A DNA stretch of 64,000 nucleotides from Camelus ferus (Eukaryota): NCBI RefSeq assembly GCF_009834535.1, contig NC_045696.1, positions 52,826,001 to 52,890,000 of the forward strand. The letters run 5' to 3'. The position numbers and the translations under genes are program-made. How positions within the stretch are numbered: the stretch's first letter is position 1; each line of letters begins with the position of its first letter. Shown piece after piece: positions 12,850 to 25,805 of the stretch. Under the pieces are notes generated by a model. The model did not search any database, was not told the origin of the DNA, and saw nothing but the letters and a program-made list of their open reading frames with translations.

Positions 12850-13305
12850 CAACTGTCCGTGTTTGCTCTACTCAAGCCAATTGGCTCTCTTCCTTTTCCT
12901 TTCTTCCTTTTCTTCTAACCTACAGTCCAACTTGAAAGCCTTTGCACTCACTGTTTCACCTGCTGGGAATGTGCCTCCCCCAGATCTCTGCACCGCCTAC
13001 TCGGTCTATGTCACTCAGATTTCTGCTGAAATGTCAACTCAGGAAGGATTTCTCCGATCACCTTATCAAAAATGGTCTCCCCTGTTACTTTCTATTCTTT
13101 TCCCCTGATATTAATATTAATAGCATTGACCACTACTTAGCATCATGTTATACACATACTTACTTGCTTGTTCAGCGTTTCTCTCCATCATTAGAACATA
13201 CTCGCCATGAGGGCACAACAGTTCATGTTTTGTCAACTCTTGCATCCCTGGTGCCTAGATTAGAGCCTGGTATGCAGTATGTATTCAATAAATAATTGTT
13301 TATGG
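12850..13305 (+). mobile_element. L2 LINE 3' end
   Basis: GCCTTTGCACTCACTGTTTCACCTGCTGGGAATG ... GCATCCCTGGTGCCTAGATTAGAGCCTGGTATGCAGTATGTATTCAATAAATA. Confidence 0.75.
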
Positions 13306-13789
13306 GTAAAAAAATCTCAGGGTTGGAAGAGCTTCCATAGGTCAATAGCCTAGACTCTCTTTCAAGTGTCCTTATTAATTAAACCACAGTGCTCTCAGAT
13401 CTTTAGGAGTAAGTATGGAAAATTTCCAGAGGATACTTTGAATCTCAGAGCCAACTGAATGATTCATCTGCTACAGGAGCCCAAAGCATGGCTGTCGGAA
13501 ATGGGTTTTCTTCTCTTGGAAGATCAGGATGTAGCCTTGCATCCCTGAATAACATGTTTGCACTTAGGAAGTAGAGTGACCTCTGAAGCCAGAGAGAGCC
13601 TTCTGATCCAGACATCCAGTCATCTCACTGTCCTGCTTGAAACTTGCTTATGCTTTCTTGCGGCTTCCGGGATAAAGAGCAGCATGCGGCTCGGCATCCG
13701 TGGCTCTGCCCTTTCACCTCCCCCCCCCCCCCAGTGCTGATCATCGCTGCATTCCAGCCAGCAATCCTACCTGGCGCTCCACGCTGCCA

Positions 13790-14095
13790 CTCTTCTCTGT
13801 CGGGAGGCCTGTGGCCTAGTGACATCTCTACTAGGGATCCCACTCGTCCTTCGACATTCGTTATAAATTCCACAGAGAAGCCTTCCTTAGTCTCCCTGGT
13901 ACAGTTAAGTCCCTTTAATATAAACCCTGTCCTCCTTCGTAACACTCATCTCCATTTTAATTTCAAATGCGTTTATCTGAGGTTTTGATTAATGCTTATC
14001 TTCACTCCTGGCCTGTGAGTTCCATGGAAGCAGGGGCTGTGTCTGTTACTGTTCCCTTTGTAGCACAGCCAATGCATGAAGGCACCTGAGCACAT
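13790..14095 (+). mobile_element. L2 LINE remnant
   Basis: AGAAGCCTTCCTTAGTCTCCC ... CTGTGAGTTCCATGGAAGCAGGGGCTGTGTCTGTT. Confidence 0.55.
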
Positions 14096-14944
14096 CACGG
14101 GCTAAAAGCGAGGATCCAGAATCACTGAAGTAATGAGAAAAAATAAAGATATGCCAAGCATTCACCTAACAGAGGATCTGAGACTCTGTTAAGACAACAG
14201 AGGATCTGAGTAGCTAAACTTTATTCTGATTCAGCCAAAGGGGTCAGATCTTCAGTATCAAGTCTGCAAAGTTTCTGAGGTTCAGTGCGATTTACTAATC
14301 CCCTTCCTCAGAGATTTTCCATTTGCCCATCCAAAGGAGATCACAAGGAGAAACTCTCAAACAGCATGTTTTCTAGCATTCTTAAGATGATTATAAGAAA
14401 GGCACAACTATCCTAGTGTCTGAAGTCTTGAAAATGTTTGTCTACAATTCAGCATTAGCAAAACTAGTGTCAGCCAGGCTGTTCACAGTGCAAGCTGTGT
14501 CTAGGTGTAGGGACAATTCCCCTAAACTAGTCAGATGTGGGGAGGGCGGGGTGGGGAGCCACTGTGAATGTTCTTTTACACCATGATTGCTGGTGGTCCT
14601 CCAGATGCACTTCTGAAGATGCTCAAAGTCACTGGCACCTGCCCATCTGCCCGTGAAGAGCTAGTCCATTACGGACAGAAACTTGGAGCAAGAATTCTGC
14701 TCCTCTCCTAGCAGAAGCCAGCAACTGATTTCAAGCTCACCTGGGAAGTGAAGCCAGATTCTACCAAGATATAAAACGCCAGTCTCCACTTCTTGACCAC
14801 ACTGATCGTCGGATCACAAACATTTCAATTGTGTATAAAATACACAGGCATCTATTTTCCTTCATAATACTTGTTCTCACAACTTTTCTTTGAAATCAAT
14901 ATATTTCCTTAAAAATTCTTTAAAAAGGCACTGTAGATAATGTG

Positions 14945-15080
14945 CTCATTATAATCTAAGGAAACTGAGGCCCAGAGAGGCTAATCAATTTCCCTGAGGT
15001 CACACAGAAAGCGAGAGGCAGAGCTGAGACTGAAATTCAGGGCCCCCAGCTCTCCAGCCAGAGCTCTGTCCATGATTCCC
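14945..15080 (-). mobile_element. MIR SINE remnant
   Basis: AAGGAAACTGAGGCCCAGAGAGGCTAATCAATTTCCCTGAGGTCACACAG. Confidence 0.8.
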
Positions 15081-16287
15081 ATTACCCCTCTGGAATTTTT
15101 AAGAAAGCAAGGCTGTGTGAGTACAGCCTGTATAACTCTAGGGTCATCACTGAGACATTGAAATTATTCAATATCGACTGGGGAAAGTTTGGTTCTGCTC
15201 TTGTGCAAAGTGCAACTTTCCCTTCTTTCTTTGGTTGATCACTCTTTAGAATTTACAAGGACCTCTCAGTCAGAGTGATGCTCTTCACCCAAAAGGGCTT
15301 AGATTCCCAAGGGGACCATCTCCATGTAAAGAACACGTAGTTTCTGCTGCTTCATTCCTGGTCTCATGGAATAATTCCAAGCAATTGTTCAGGAACCTGG
15401 GCAAGCAGGAAAACCAATAATAGCTCTGCTTAAGCTAGAAGGTATCACTTAACTTCTCTTTGCCTCAGCTTCATCAACCATAAAATAATCTCAATTAAAT
15501 GCTTCTTATAAATTTATTCTATCAATTAGATAAATCATCATACTACTCATCATATGTATAATATACATCATACTATATTGTCAGGTTTATGGTAACATCC
15601 CTTCTAGAGAGGACTGTCAATGAAAGTTTAGTGGAAAAAGGGAAAAATAGATCTTAAAAGTAAGCCATGATGGTATCAAAGAATAAAATTAAAAGCAGTA
15701 TGGATGAATGAAACAGGATGCTAGCACACTGAAGTGACAGGGAAGCAGACTGACTAGGCAGCATTTTGGTCAGAACAAAACTAGCAGTGGGTCCACCCGT
15801 CGCTGGCACAAGCCTGGGTAAGAGTCTGTATGCTCTGAACGGGTATCTTAGGGAACAGACACTCCCCTGCTAATCAATCAGACTTCATTAAAAGAAGAAT
15901 TTAAAAACATTGCTCAAATGTTACACTCTATGAAGAAAATCTCATAAAAAGTCAGATAAAAATACACATTTGTTTAAAGTATCTTTAAAAAACAAACTAG
16001 CTTACCAGGTAAATTTTAGGAAGTCTTCCCTAATGTAATAAATGAACTGGTTTGTGAAACACTAATGATCTTAAGACTTGGAATTCCATTTGTATTTAGG
16101 AAAAGAGAATGGAGTGCTTATTTTGTACTGTTACTTCCTACCCACCCTCTTCTGTTGGAACATTCTCTTTTGAGGAGAAAACCTTAATTTTTCCCCTGAG
16201 CCTGGCTCTTTGAAAACTTGGTTGTGTGCTGCCATCCTGTGGTCATACTAAGACATGTTCCTAGGTGCCATCGAAAGTAATCACCTT

Positions 16288-16306
16288 TGTCCACTAGGTG
16301 GCAACA
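16288..16306 (+). promoter_or_regulatory. CTCF-like motif TGTCCACTAGGTGGCAACA
   Basis: The core CCACTAGGTGGCA matches the consensus. Confidence 0.55.
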
Positions 16307-16904
16307 GTGAAAAAAATTTTTTTTCAATCAGAGCAGGCATGAAATGTTACTTTTCAAAAACGTGTCTTTTCTACTATAGACAAGAAAGACATATTTTGGT
16401 CCTTAACAACTAAAAATTGTTCTCTCTTTTCCAACGTGAAGGTGATCTCAAGTTCTTGGGTAAAATTGCCTTGCCAGGTATATCATTTCTGTAGGGATTC
16501 CCTGGACATACTTGTTAGACTATACCTGAAGTCTACCATTTTTATGTTTCTTGGGAAAGCTTCTCTCCACACATTGATCTTGTTTTAGCAAATACACCTA
16601 ACAAGTGAGCCAGTGCCAGCCTAAATAATAAAGCAGAAAGATAAATCTACTACAGCAATACAGTAAACAGAATTTGGGAGAGGTCTAGTACAGAGAAAGT
16701 TCTAGAATTCTGTGGAAGCATCTTGTCATATGTTTAGATCTTAGCTCCTGATGAGGGGGTACAAGGAAGCAATGGGGAAAATAATTTAATACTAGAATAG
16801 GCAAGACCTTTGACAACTTTGTTTATGCTAATCTGCCTTTGACTTTCAGATTCTTTGCACCCAAAAAATGTGCAGCATCAAAAATTGCCAATTCAGCCTT
16901 TCCT

Positions 16905-17030
16905 CTTGGCATAGACAATGTCTTCCTTGTCCACTATTGTAGCCTCAGCTATTTCTCTAGCACAGAGTACGTGCTTAATAGATCTGCTGAATAAGTGTTT
17001 GAGTCCATAAATGAATGAGTGAATGAGTGA
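16905..17030 (+). mobile_element. L2 3' terminus with (TGAA/TGAG)n tail
   Basis: CTAGCACAGAGTACGTGCTTAATAGATCTGCTGAAT...AAATGAATGAGTGAATGAGTGA. Confidence 0.6.
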
Positions 17031-18374
17031 GAGAATCAATCAATCAATCCCTTGAGAGCTGCCTTTGCTGAGATTCTGGGCAGGGGACAGTGTTATTCTT
17101 TTGAAATCACCATGCCTTAATGCAAAGGCAAAATCATTGTTGGGAATTCACAGCCATTCGAAAGGCCAAGAGGTCCTTTCATTAGCCCCCAGATCCCTGG
17201 CAGGTAGAACATTTTCTGGAGGGTTGAGCTTTATTTAAGAATCTCCTCATGACTCAGGATATTTAAACCTTAAAAATCCAAGCTTTTTGTTGTTGTTGTT
17301 GTTCAAAGGCCAGAAGATTTATTCTCACCTCTCATCTCCCATTATGTGGTATGATTAGGCTTATCTGTCTCCAGAATTAAAGTGAGTGGTGTGAAGCTGA
17401 GAGATGCTTCATTGGAAACCCTCAGACTTACAGTTCGGTGACTCCCTTAGCACCTGAGGAAATTTCCGCATCTACGTTTATGAGCAGTTTGGGCATTTTG
17501 CCTTTTGTGGACTCTATCTGGGAGAGAAGATGAGGGCACAACAAATCCCTGAGGAGGAAAACTGATTTTCAGTCCTTTGACTCCTAACAGTTTACCTCCA
17601 CTCCTCTGCTTATAAGCATTCATTCCAATCCAGAGGTAGGCCAGGTAGATTCTGGGGTTTCCACGAATGTTCTAACTCCAGTGTGTTTACGTGAACATAA
17701 ACAGCTCACTTTAACCTGCCGCAGCCATGGGAACAAGGAAACATTCTCTGTTGTGTACAGAACAAGTGTTTCTATGAGGCCAGTCTTCTGAGGGGCCACA
17801 GGGTTTGAAAATGACACATTAGTTTGAGGACTTAACATAACTAATTGCATTTTTTTTCAGGGCCAGAATTAATAGGAGTGTATGTTCAGGGGAGAAGGAG
17901 GGTCCACATTCAATAGGGATTTTATCCTCTAGTTGCCAGGAAAGGCGAGAGAGGGACAGAGTTAAAACCATTAAGAAATTTAATAAAGGAAATGAATGAG
18001 AACATTCGACTTGCAGCTTCGTCCTCCCTCACAGATGCTGAGGACCTGAAGCGTGACGTCTGTAAGTGTCCTCCATGGGAGTTTATGGTTTTTTGTGCTC
18101 CTTTGTGTGTGTGTGTTGTTTTGTGATTTTTTTTGGCCACAGTTTGGAAAAATAAAACCTTTATTATTATAGTGGCTTGAAGGGGGGCATTTTTATTAAT
18201 TCAGTTTTCAAAGCCACACTTTGAAATTGTTCATTTCTTTTTCAAAGGTTTCTCCTCCCTCCTTGGAGGCTTTAGGGATTAGCAGCTTGTCCTTGTAAGC
18301 ATTATTATTATTTTTCCTTTTGACGTAGAAAAAAAAGCTACGCATACGATTTCTCTTTGGATTGTTAGAGTTTT

Positions 18375-18565
18375 TTTTTTTTTTCCTTCCAGGAATAGGA
18401 TTTTAATCTTAATAATACATTATAGCTACAAAATTACTGTTCCACCTTCATACTAAATGTAACTGGAGACTACTAACTGTTCCAATATAGGATTACCTCA
18501 GAATTTCTTATGCAAAGGAAAATGAATAGAAAACAAAACAAAAAAAAAATCATTTGAAAAACTCA
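18375..18565 (-). pseudogene. Short retroposed, polyadenylated insert of unidentified origin (5'-truncated retrocopy or orphan transduction)
   Basis: 19-bp direct repeats at 18356-18374 and 18566-18584, minus-strand poly(A), ATTAAA 17 nt before the tail, TT|AAAA insertion site. Confidence 0.75.
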
Positions 18566-21500
18566 TTTGGATTGTTAGAGTTTTAAATTTTCTCCCATGT
18601 ACTATATTCATGTTGTATAAACCCTAATGCCTCAGATATCTAGAGTAATGTTCTCTGAGAATCCCAGTAGTCATTCTGGGTCTAGTTTAGGAGCAAAAGC
18701 CAAAATACAGAAGTCGGTCTAATCCTCAACCTTAAGGTTATTCCTGTTTTCTTAGTTCATAGGTGGATCATTACCCTGATGAGTAGGACAATACATCAAA
18801 CTGGCTGGGAAAAGAAAAAGCCTTGGCAGGTCATCAGTGTTTGAGAAAGGAAGTTGGGCTCCCCCTTAGCTGGATGTGGGTCAAAAAGGAATCTTACACT
18901 TTAACTTTACTTTCAGATTCTCCTAGGGGCTTTTCCTGGTATAGTTGATCAGTGACCAGGAACGGACTTCAGGTATTCGATGCTGCTTTGGAGTGAGTCA
19001 GAGACATGCATGACTTCCCAAGCTTTTTGCCACCCTGGACAGATGGTGATAACTCCTTGCTGAATGAATGAATAAATCCAAACCAAAACTAATGCTGACA
19101 TACCTTCTCATTATGTGATAAAATAATTGAGACTCACTCCTTATTCTCGTCAATTAATGAACTAACCCTCTTTATAAGCATTCAGTCCAGTCCACAGGCA
19201 GGAAATGTAGAGTCTGGGGATTTATATTGTTTGCACGAATGTTCTAATTCCAGGGTCTTTACATAAGCTATGCTTTATACTAAAGAGAATCAGAGAAAAT
19301 ACTTTTTAAAATAAAAGGTCATTTCATTAAAAAAGGACAAATTTGTAAAAGGGAAAATATTAATACATCAATCTACAGAGAGAACGTAAGAGGTCCCCCA
19401 TCTGAAAGGGGGGAGTCTTACTGGGAATCCTGGAGGGGACACACAGGAGATCTCCTGTGAAGTGAGTCAGGTTTGACTCAGGAGCTGGGAGAGCGGAGTG
19501 TTTGCTTGTCCCTGTGGAGAGAGCACTGGCTTGGGGCAGGAGCTGCTCCTGGACCTGCATCTTCTGTGACCTTGAGCAAGTCAGGCCCAGCTTGAGAGAG
19601 GGCAGAACATGTAGAACGGGTTAGGTGTTCTAGCCTGAGTATTTCATAGTACACTGACAGCTCAAACTTTCAGACCAAACATTTGTTTATATCATATGAA
19701 TGGTGTTATCTCTGAGGAGAGAGATTATATATAATCTTTATTTCTTCTTTACAGTTTCATATATTTTCAAATTCTTCCATAATAAGAATGCATAACATTT
19801 ATTGTCAGAATGGAAAACTATTTATAAAAACAAATCAATGCATTTTTTTAAAAAACTCTATAAATCTGGGGAAAAGAAAATAATCGTTTTCTGATTAGTT
19901 AGCTTTGGGTTGACATGATTACAGGGGGACTGAACCCCCCCCCCCCTTTTAGTCGGCTGGTGTCAAATAGTAAAACTAAAGAGAAGGTAAGCTAGGTGAG
20001 GCAGAATTTCTATAAGGAACAGTCTTAACAGCACGACATGGCAATGCAATAAAAATGTATTATATGGGTTTATGAGGTCCTTCTGGCTGCAGGCATGAAG
20101 CGATAGCCCTGAGAAGCAAGTACAGATGCACGAACTGACTTTAAGTGCTGCTCGGCAGAGATGTGGGTTGTTACAGAAGTGCACACTCACTACGCACCTC
20201 CGATGTAAAGAGAAGGCGTCCTTAATCTCCTACAGTAAGTCAGTCTCCTCAAATCCTGCAGGTGTCTTATTTAGCCTTAGAGGTTTAATTTTTAATAATC
20301 AGTGAATTAAAATGTTAGAATGCCCAAGGGGCTAAGTTTAATAAAGGAGTTTCCCTGGGCCACTCCACCTAGAAATATGGGTAAGGTAAGTGTGTTTGAA
20401 TCAGCTGTCAGTCAGGTATTAGGGTCAGTCATGCATTTTCTGTCTTAAAGAAGAAACAAGTGCTTTTGCCCTTGTGCCTAGAACGTGTCTCCACTGCACC
20501 TCTGGGTAAAACCCTGGCCTCTGCCCCTTGCTGGAATTCAAGAACAGTCATCTGATTGAATAAAGAGCTACCTCCCAGACCCAAGTCTACTTATTCTTGG
20601 GTCAAAGTAGATTACATTTTGTGTTTAAAAACGTACGTTTTATGAATATTTTGAAGCCTGTTGTGCCTTCATGTATTTGACTTGCTAAAAAGGATTTTAA
20701 AAGTGCAGGTTTGGGTAGGTCTCTAGTGGTTTTCATCCTTTCTGGTTTTCTTCCTCTCTTTCTATTTCCTAGCCCTAAACTGTGACTTGCAGATCCGTTT
20801 TAGAATACATTTTAGATTTAAATTCTAAGGGATTCCAGACCGTCTTTAATCTGCATAATGTGTGTTTTCATTTTGTATGTTTCCGAATCAAAAACATTCA
20901 AATACCATGAAGCAAGGTAAGTAGCCTGCGGAATTTGAATGCAGAGATAACAAGTACATTTGCGAGAGATTTCCTGGGGTTTTAAGGCTCTTGGAAATAA
21001 GAAGATAAGGGATTTAAAAGTGGTGGTAGGCTCCGAGTTACCCTTGGACCTACGTCTAGGGCAGTAACCACCACAGCGCAGAACTTGGTGAAGGCGGTTC
21101 TGCTTTGGACCCTTCGCTGGGACTTTATTACCCAGAGCGCCAGGGGGCCTCAGGGATTTGTCTACAATTCTTGCTGTGCCACTGACTCCAACATGGCATC
21201 ATCACCAGGCTCTGGAGCAGCTCCTGGAGGACACTGGAGAGTCCGTACAACCTGACCGTGCCTACATCTAAAATAAAAACCCACTCGCAAACCTCCTTGT
21301 GGAGAGGCTGAAAGCTTTCTCCTGCTGTTCTGCTAGGTGACAGGCTCTCTGCATCCTCCAGAAGGCCCAGGCGGCTGGATAATGCCGCCCAGCACGCACT
21401 AGACGCCGTCCGCACAGCTCTGCGCGGTTACCCCGGCAGGCGCTCTCCTTGTCCTACACGTTTTACAGGAATAGAAATGCTCATCTTCTCTCTTTTAACT

Positions 21501-21644
21501 CCACTGGTTTTTCTTTTCTTTTCTTTTTTAAACAGATCAGATGCACATAAGGAAAAGTCAGAAACTATTAGGGCAAAAGGTGATTTTTTTTTCCCAGATT
21601 TTGAAAATTAATCAGGCAATATTGTTCCATCTGGTTGTAGGCCT

Positions 21645-21980
21645 CTGCATTTCTGGAATGTTCTGCCTACCTCTCTCTCTTCTCTCCTTTCTGATTTAGT
21701 TTTAAATTTCACTTTCACCTGGAAGCCTCCTCTGATCAGTCCAGGACCTAAGGTGCCCTGTTCTGTGCGCTCCAAACCCCACACAGGTGTCCTCAACTTC
21801 ACCGTTTCTCGGGATTGCTTACTTCACCGGCCACTGCCCCGTCTGGTCTGTCAGCCCTGTTCGCGCACAGGCCCTGTCTGGCTTGTTCTCCACAGCCCTC
21901 CCCGAGACCCAGCTCAGAGCTTGGCACGTGGAAAGTACTAGCATGGTATTTTTTTTTTTTTTTTGGAGTGAATGAATAGT
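21645..21980 (+). mobile_element. L2 LINE 3' end
   Basis: CCTGGAAGCCTCCTCTGATC ... CCCAGCTCAGAGCTTGGCACGTGGAAAGTACT ... GAGTGAATGAAT. Confidence 0.6.
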
Positions 21981-22392
21981 GTAATTAAAAATATTGTGCA
22001 TTGTCAAATAAACTTAATCTAGGCCAGAAACTAGTTGGCACTGCCCATCGAGAATGAAGTTTCTTTCTTGTATTTCTAGTGGTTAGAAATCAGAGGAAAA
22101 GAAAACATGAACTTTAAAAGAAATGTTACAAAGCAAAAGCAAGTGGAGAGTACATCTAACGCAGAACAGTAAGAGGAGCTATTCACTTAATGACGATGGG
22201 AGGGCTGATCCTTAGGGAAGACCAACCTCCAACGGGTGAGAGCATGCCATCTTGTCCAGCACTGCGACACTAAGCAAGCAGCTTTCAACGATGAACTTAC
22301 CTGTGTTCTGGAACTCCAGGGAAAAAGGCAGAACAAACCTCCTAAATTACTCTCTAACTTGTGACTCAACAAAGAGAAGTACAAGCGACTGT

Positions 22393-22542
22393 CCCTCCCT
22401 CCCTCCCTCCCTCCCTCCCTTCCTTCCTTCCTTCCTTCTCTCTCTCTCTCTCTTTCTTTCTTTTTTCTTTCTCTTTCTTCCTGCCTTCCTTCCTTTCTTC
22501 CTTCCCTTTTCTTCTCTTTTCTTTCTCCCCCTCCTTTATCTT

Positions 22543-22575
<33 letters not shown>

Positions 22576-22582
22576 TTTTTTC
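22393..22582 (+). repeat. Compound polypyrimidine repeat (CCCT)n(CCTT)n(CT)n, about 190 bp
   Basis: Almost purine-free on the plus strand. Confidence 0.95.
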
Positions 22583-23520
22583 CTTAGCTGTTTCTGCCCT
22601 CCAAACATCCACACATATAATCAGAATGGCCAAGCAACTTTCCAACAGAGAACATGGCTGGGAATGCCTGGTGATGTGTGGGCTGGAGGATGGGATGGTA
22701 CTCAGGATGGCCGCTCAGCCAAGGCACAGCCATCTCTTACTGCTTTTTTTTTTAAATCACAGGATGTTACTCAGACAATGTCCTCAATGTCCTCTTAGCA
22801 GTTTTTAAAAATCCTACTGCAAATGCAAGGTTTAGAAGGTGAGTGGTGAAGTAAGCATCTCCCATGTGAGTATGGCACAGATAAAGCAGAATGGACTGAT
22901 AGCTGTGATTTATAATAAAGACACTCTGTTAGTGGTCATGTCTAGGTACACATGTGTTACAGAGACGTGGGAAGTGTTTTCTTTCACGACCAGCATTGTG
23001 ATAAGTAAAACAGTGCACTAAACTATGATGGTGCTCAGCCCCCCAGGGTCCAATTAGGAGTCATGATCCAATTGCAAGGTCTCTCTCCCCACTAACTTGC
23101 AGTGGATATAAGCTGACAGTTCTTAGTGGAGTCCTAGTGAGTGGTCTGCCTACCCCCGTCCCATATCTGTGTACAAGTGAACACCTTATACAGGAATTCC
23201 AAGCCCACTGTGACAAGCTGTGCTCTTACTTGGCAGGGGAGTTTCTTCACAGCAGTAGACAAGGGGAGATGTGAGGTGGGACCACTTAAGCTGATTTTTC
23301 CTCCCTAAGGAAGTGCTTGTTTAGTACAAATGACTTGTGATGATGAAAGACCATTATGGGGACAGAGTGACTGTACAAGGGAAGTTGTTACTAACGTTAA
23401 TTTGTATCTTGCCTCTTCAGAAGCAGATGTTTCCTCTAGATAGATGGGATAATGGCTGTGTGGTGCATGCATGGCTAGTGTTTAGAAGTGAATGGTAATA
23501 CTATCAAAACCTTTTCTTTA

Positions 23521-23612
23521 GTATATATGTATATGTATAACTGAATCACTTTGCCGTACACCTAAAACTAACATTGTAAGTCAACTATGCTTCAGTAAAA
23601 AATTAAAAAAAA
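23521..23612 (+). mobile_element. Short artiodactyl-type L1 3' end
   Basis: ATATGTATAACTGAATCACTTTGCCGTACACCTAAAACTAACATTGTAAGTCAACTATGCTTCAGTAAAAAATT, homologous to 59790-59860. Confidence 0.8.
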
Positions 23613-25805
23613 TTTTTTCTTTGGTTTTATTCGAAAGATGTCAAGGATAAACTGTAAACATAATGCAAGGTGAATATGGTAGAAAAGTTAGAGAAAGAGA
23701 AAATCAAGAAATTCAGATAACAAGAAAAAAATTTCAGGTGAAAAGGAAAGAGAGAGCCTACGGACAGGCTAAAATGAAAGATCATATTTTTGCAGGGCTA
23801 TAGTAGGAAATTTGTCAGGGGCTGAGACTGCAGTACGATTTAATTCTTGGAAGAAAACGTATTCTTTCTTTTTGACTTTTAAGTAGGGCCACTTCCTTTA
23901 AGAACTCTTGGTCAGTGTAAAGTCTCTGAACCTGGAGCAAAGGTCCCAGAGAAAGCACCTCCTTCCTGGCTACACCCCGTAATGTGCCCTACAGCAGATC
24001 TGTACCCTCCTGCTAAACGCCACCCTGATGCAGATACCAAGGCGAGCCCTGCTGGGGGTGTGCTGTGAAGGCCAGGGGGACCCGCATCAGCATTTTCTGT
24101 CCGTTCAGGATCCTGGTCTTCTCACCCTTTGGGGCCACCTGCCAACATCTTCTGCCGCAAATCTCACTGAGCTCTTCTTAGGGAGCTTTATTCCTTTTAA
24201 TTAAAAAGACAAGACTGTCAATTACTTAAACTTAATCCCCAAATGTAATTGTTACTTTGAAAGATATTTTTTCCCCAGAAAGCTCATAGAACAGAAATAT
24301 TTCCATCAAATTAAAATTTAGTGGGAGCTTGGATTTAAAAAAAAAAAATCATCTTCAGATCCCTGCTGGCTCCAGAAATCTAAATAGCACAGCAAGGCAT
24401 ACGTACGGGGGATCACCAGGAAAGGCTGACTGGTGCAGGCAGACCCAGACTAGGAAAATAGGAAAAGGCATTAAAAACAGTCCCAGGACTAAAGATTCCC
24501 TTACCTTTAAATTGATGCTGTAGGGTTTTTAGCCGTTTAGCTTGAAGCTAAATGTAAATTCTGAGAGAGGTAACACTTCCAAGCCTCTGTTGGACATTTG
24601 AATAATCGTGTGAATAAATTTCAGATTTATTCTTGATAGAACATTTTAACAGGGAGGGCAAAAGAACTGTTTAGGAAACAGAGCAGAAGGAAGAATGAAA
24701 AGGTGAGAAAAGTAACACACAGAAGTAGAGTCAGTGGACAGAAGTGCTTGGTACAACTGGGTCTAATTCAGTGGTTTGGACCACCTATTACGGTGGAGTC
24801 TAAATCATTGGACTAGCAGGTGAAGTACTGGTTCTGGGTGAGGTATTGACTGACTACCTGACTTGGGATAAATCGGGAGGAAGTCTGATTCTTATTGCCA
24901 TTAAAGGAGTTGGGAGATGGTTATCAGGTATTAATGTCAGCTCTCAATTATCTTCATGTGGATTAATCAGGGCCCATGATTTTGGTGTAACTTTGTGCTG
25001 ACAGGACTGCCTAGCTTCTATCAACAAAAACAAGTCCCTGGTTTCTGCTGGCTAGTGGGGAAGGAGCAATGTACTTAAACACTGAAGCCTTCCCTAGGAC
25101 ATGCTTTACATCTTTGAGCAGGAAAAAGGGGAGGTTCTTGAGGTTGATACTTATGGGTTAGTGTGACAGGTGGTAATGTGCATATGGGCATCCACTGCAA
25201 GCGTGTGAGTGTGTGAGTGTGCGCCCCACAGTAGGGAATGGGGCTGCCTGCAGTGCCCCTTAAGTGTAATACTATGATGGTGCTAAAAAACAAGGGAAAG
25301 TCTTCTGCATTTGGCCTTGGCATACTTCTGTATTTACACTTGTTAGCAGTCTGGGCATTTCAGACATTCCTAGAATCCCAAATATGTCAAACTATGATGA
25401 AGCCACACCAAACTTTTAGCTAACTAATATCCAGGCAACGTGATACAAGTACACCTTTAAATATAAGCACCTTGGAAAATTAAGACATCTGTGTATCTGA
25501 ATATGATTGTTTTGAACTCAGCAGGTTTTCTTTCTAGGAACTTGAAGCTCTCTTTTATATATTATTTAAAACACCACTTTGAGCTTGCAGGCATGAAAAA
25601 TGTAATTTCTTTCCCATTTCACAGTTGGAAAAACTGAATTAAAGAGAAGAATTTTAGTAATTATCCATGATTAATAGAGGTGTGTATGTAAATCAGCCTG
25701 AATAAGTGTGTGAAATTAGATGTGCTGATGCCAGATAGCTCGGCTTGTGTTTCTGAAAGATGAGTGCTTTCATATAAATCTCTGTATGAGCTGGGCATAC
25801 ATGTC

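Noticed and set aside
22293..22380. Consensus minus-strand donor CAG|GTAAGT (also at about 38721-38730)
   Set aside because: No convincing upstream acceptor to define an exon.
22187..22798. Overlapping Arg/Glu/Lys- or Phe/Leu/Ser-rich ORFs
   Set aside because: Translations of the polypyrimidine simple repeat.
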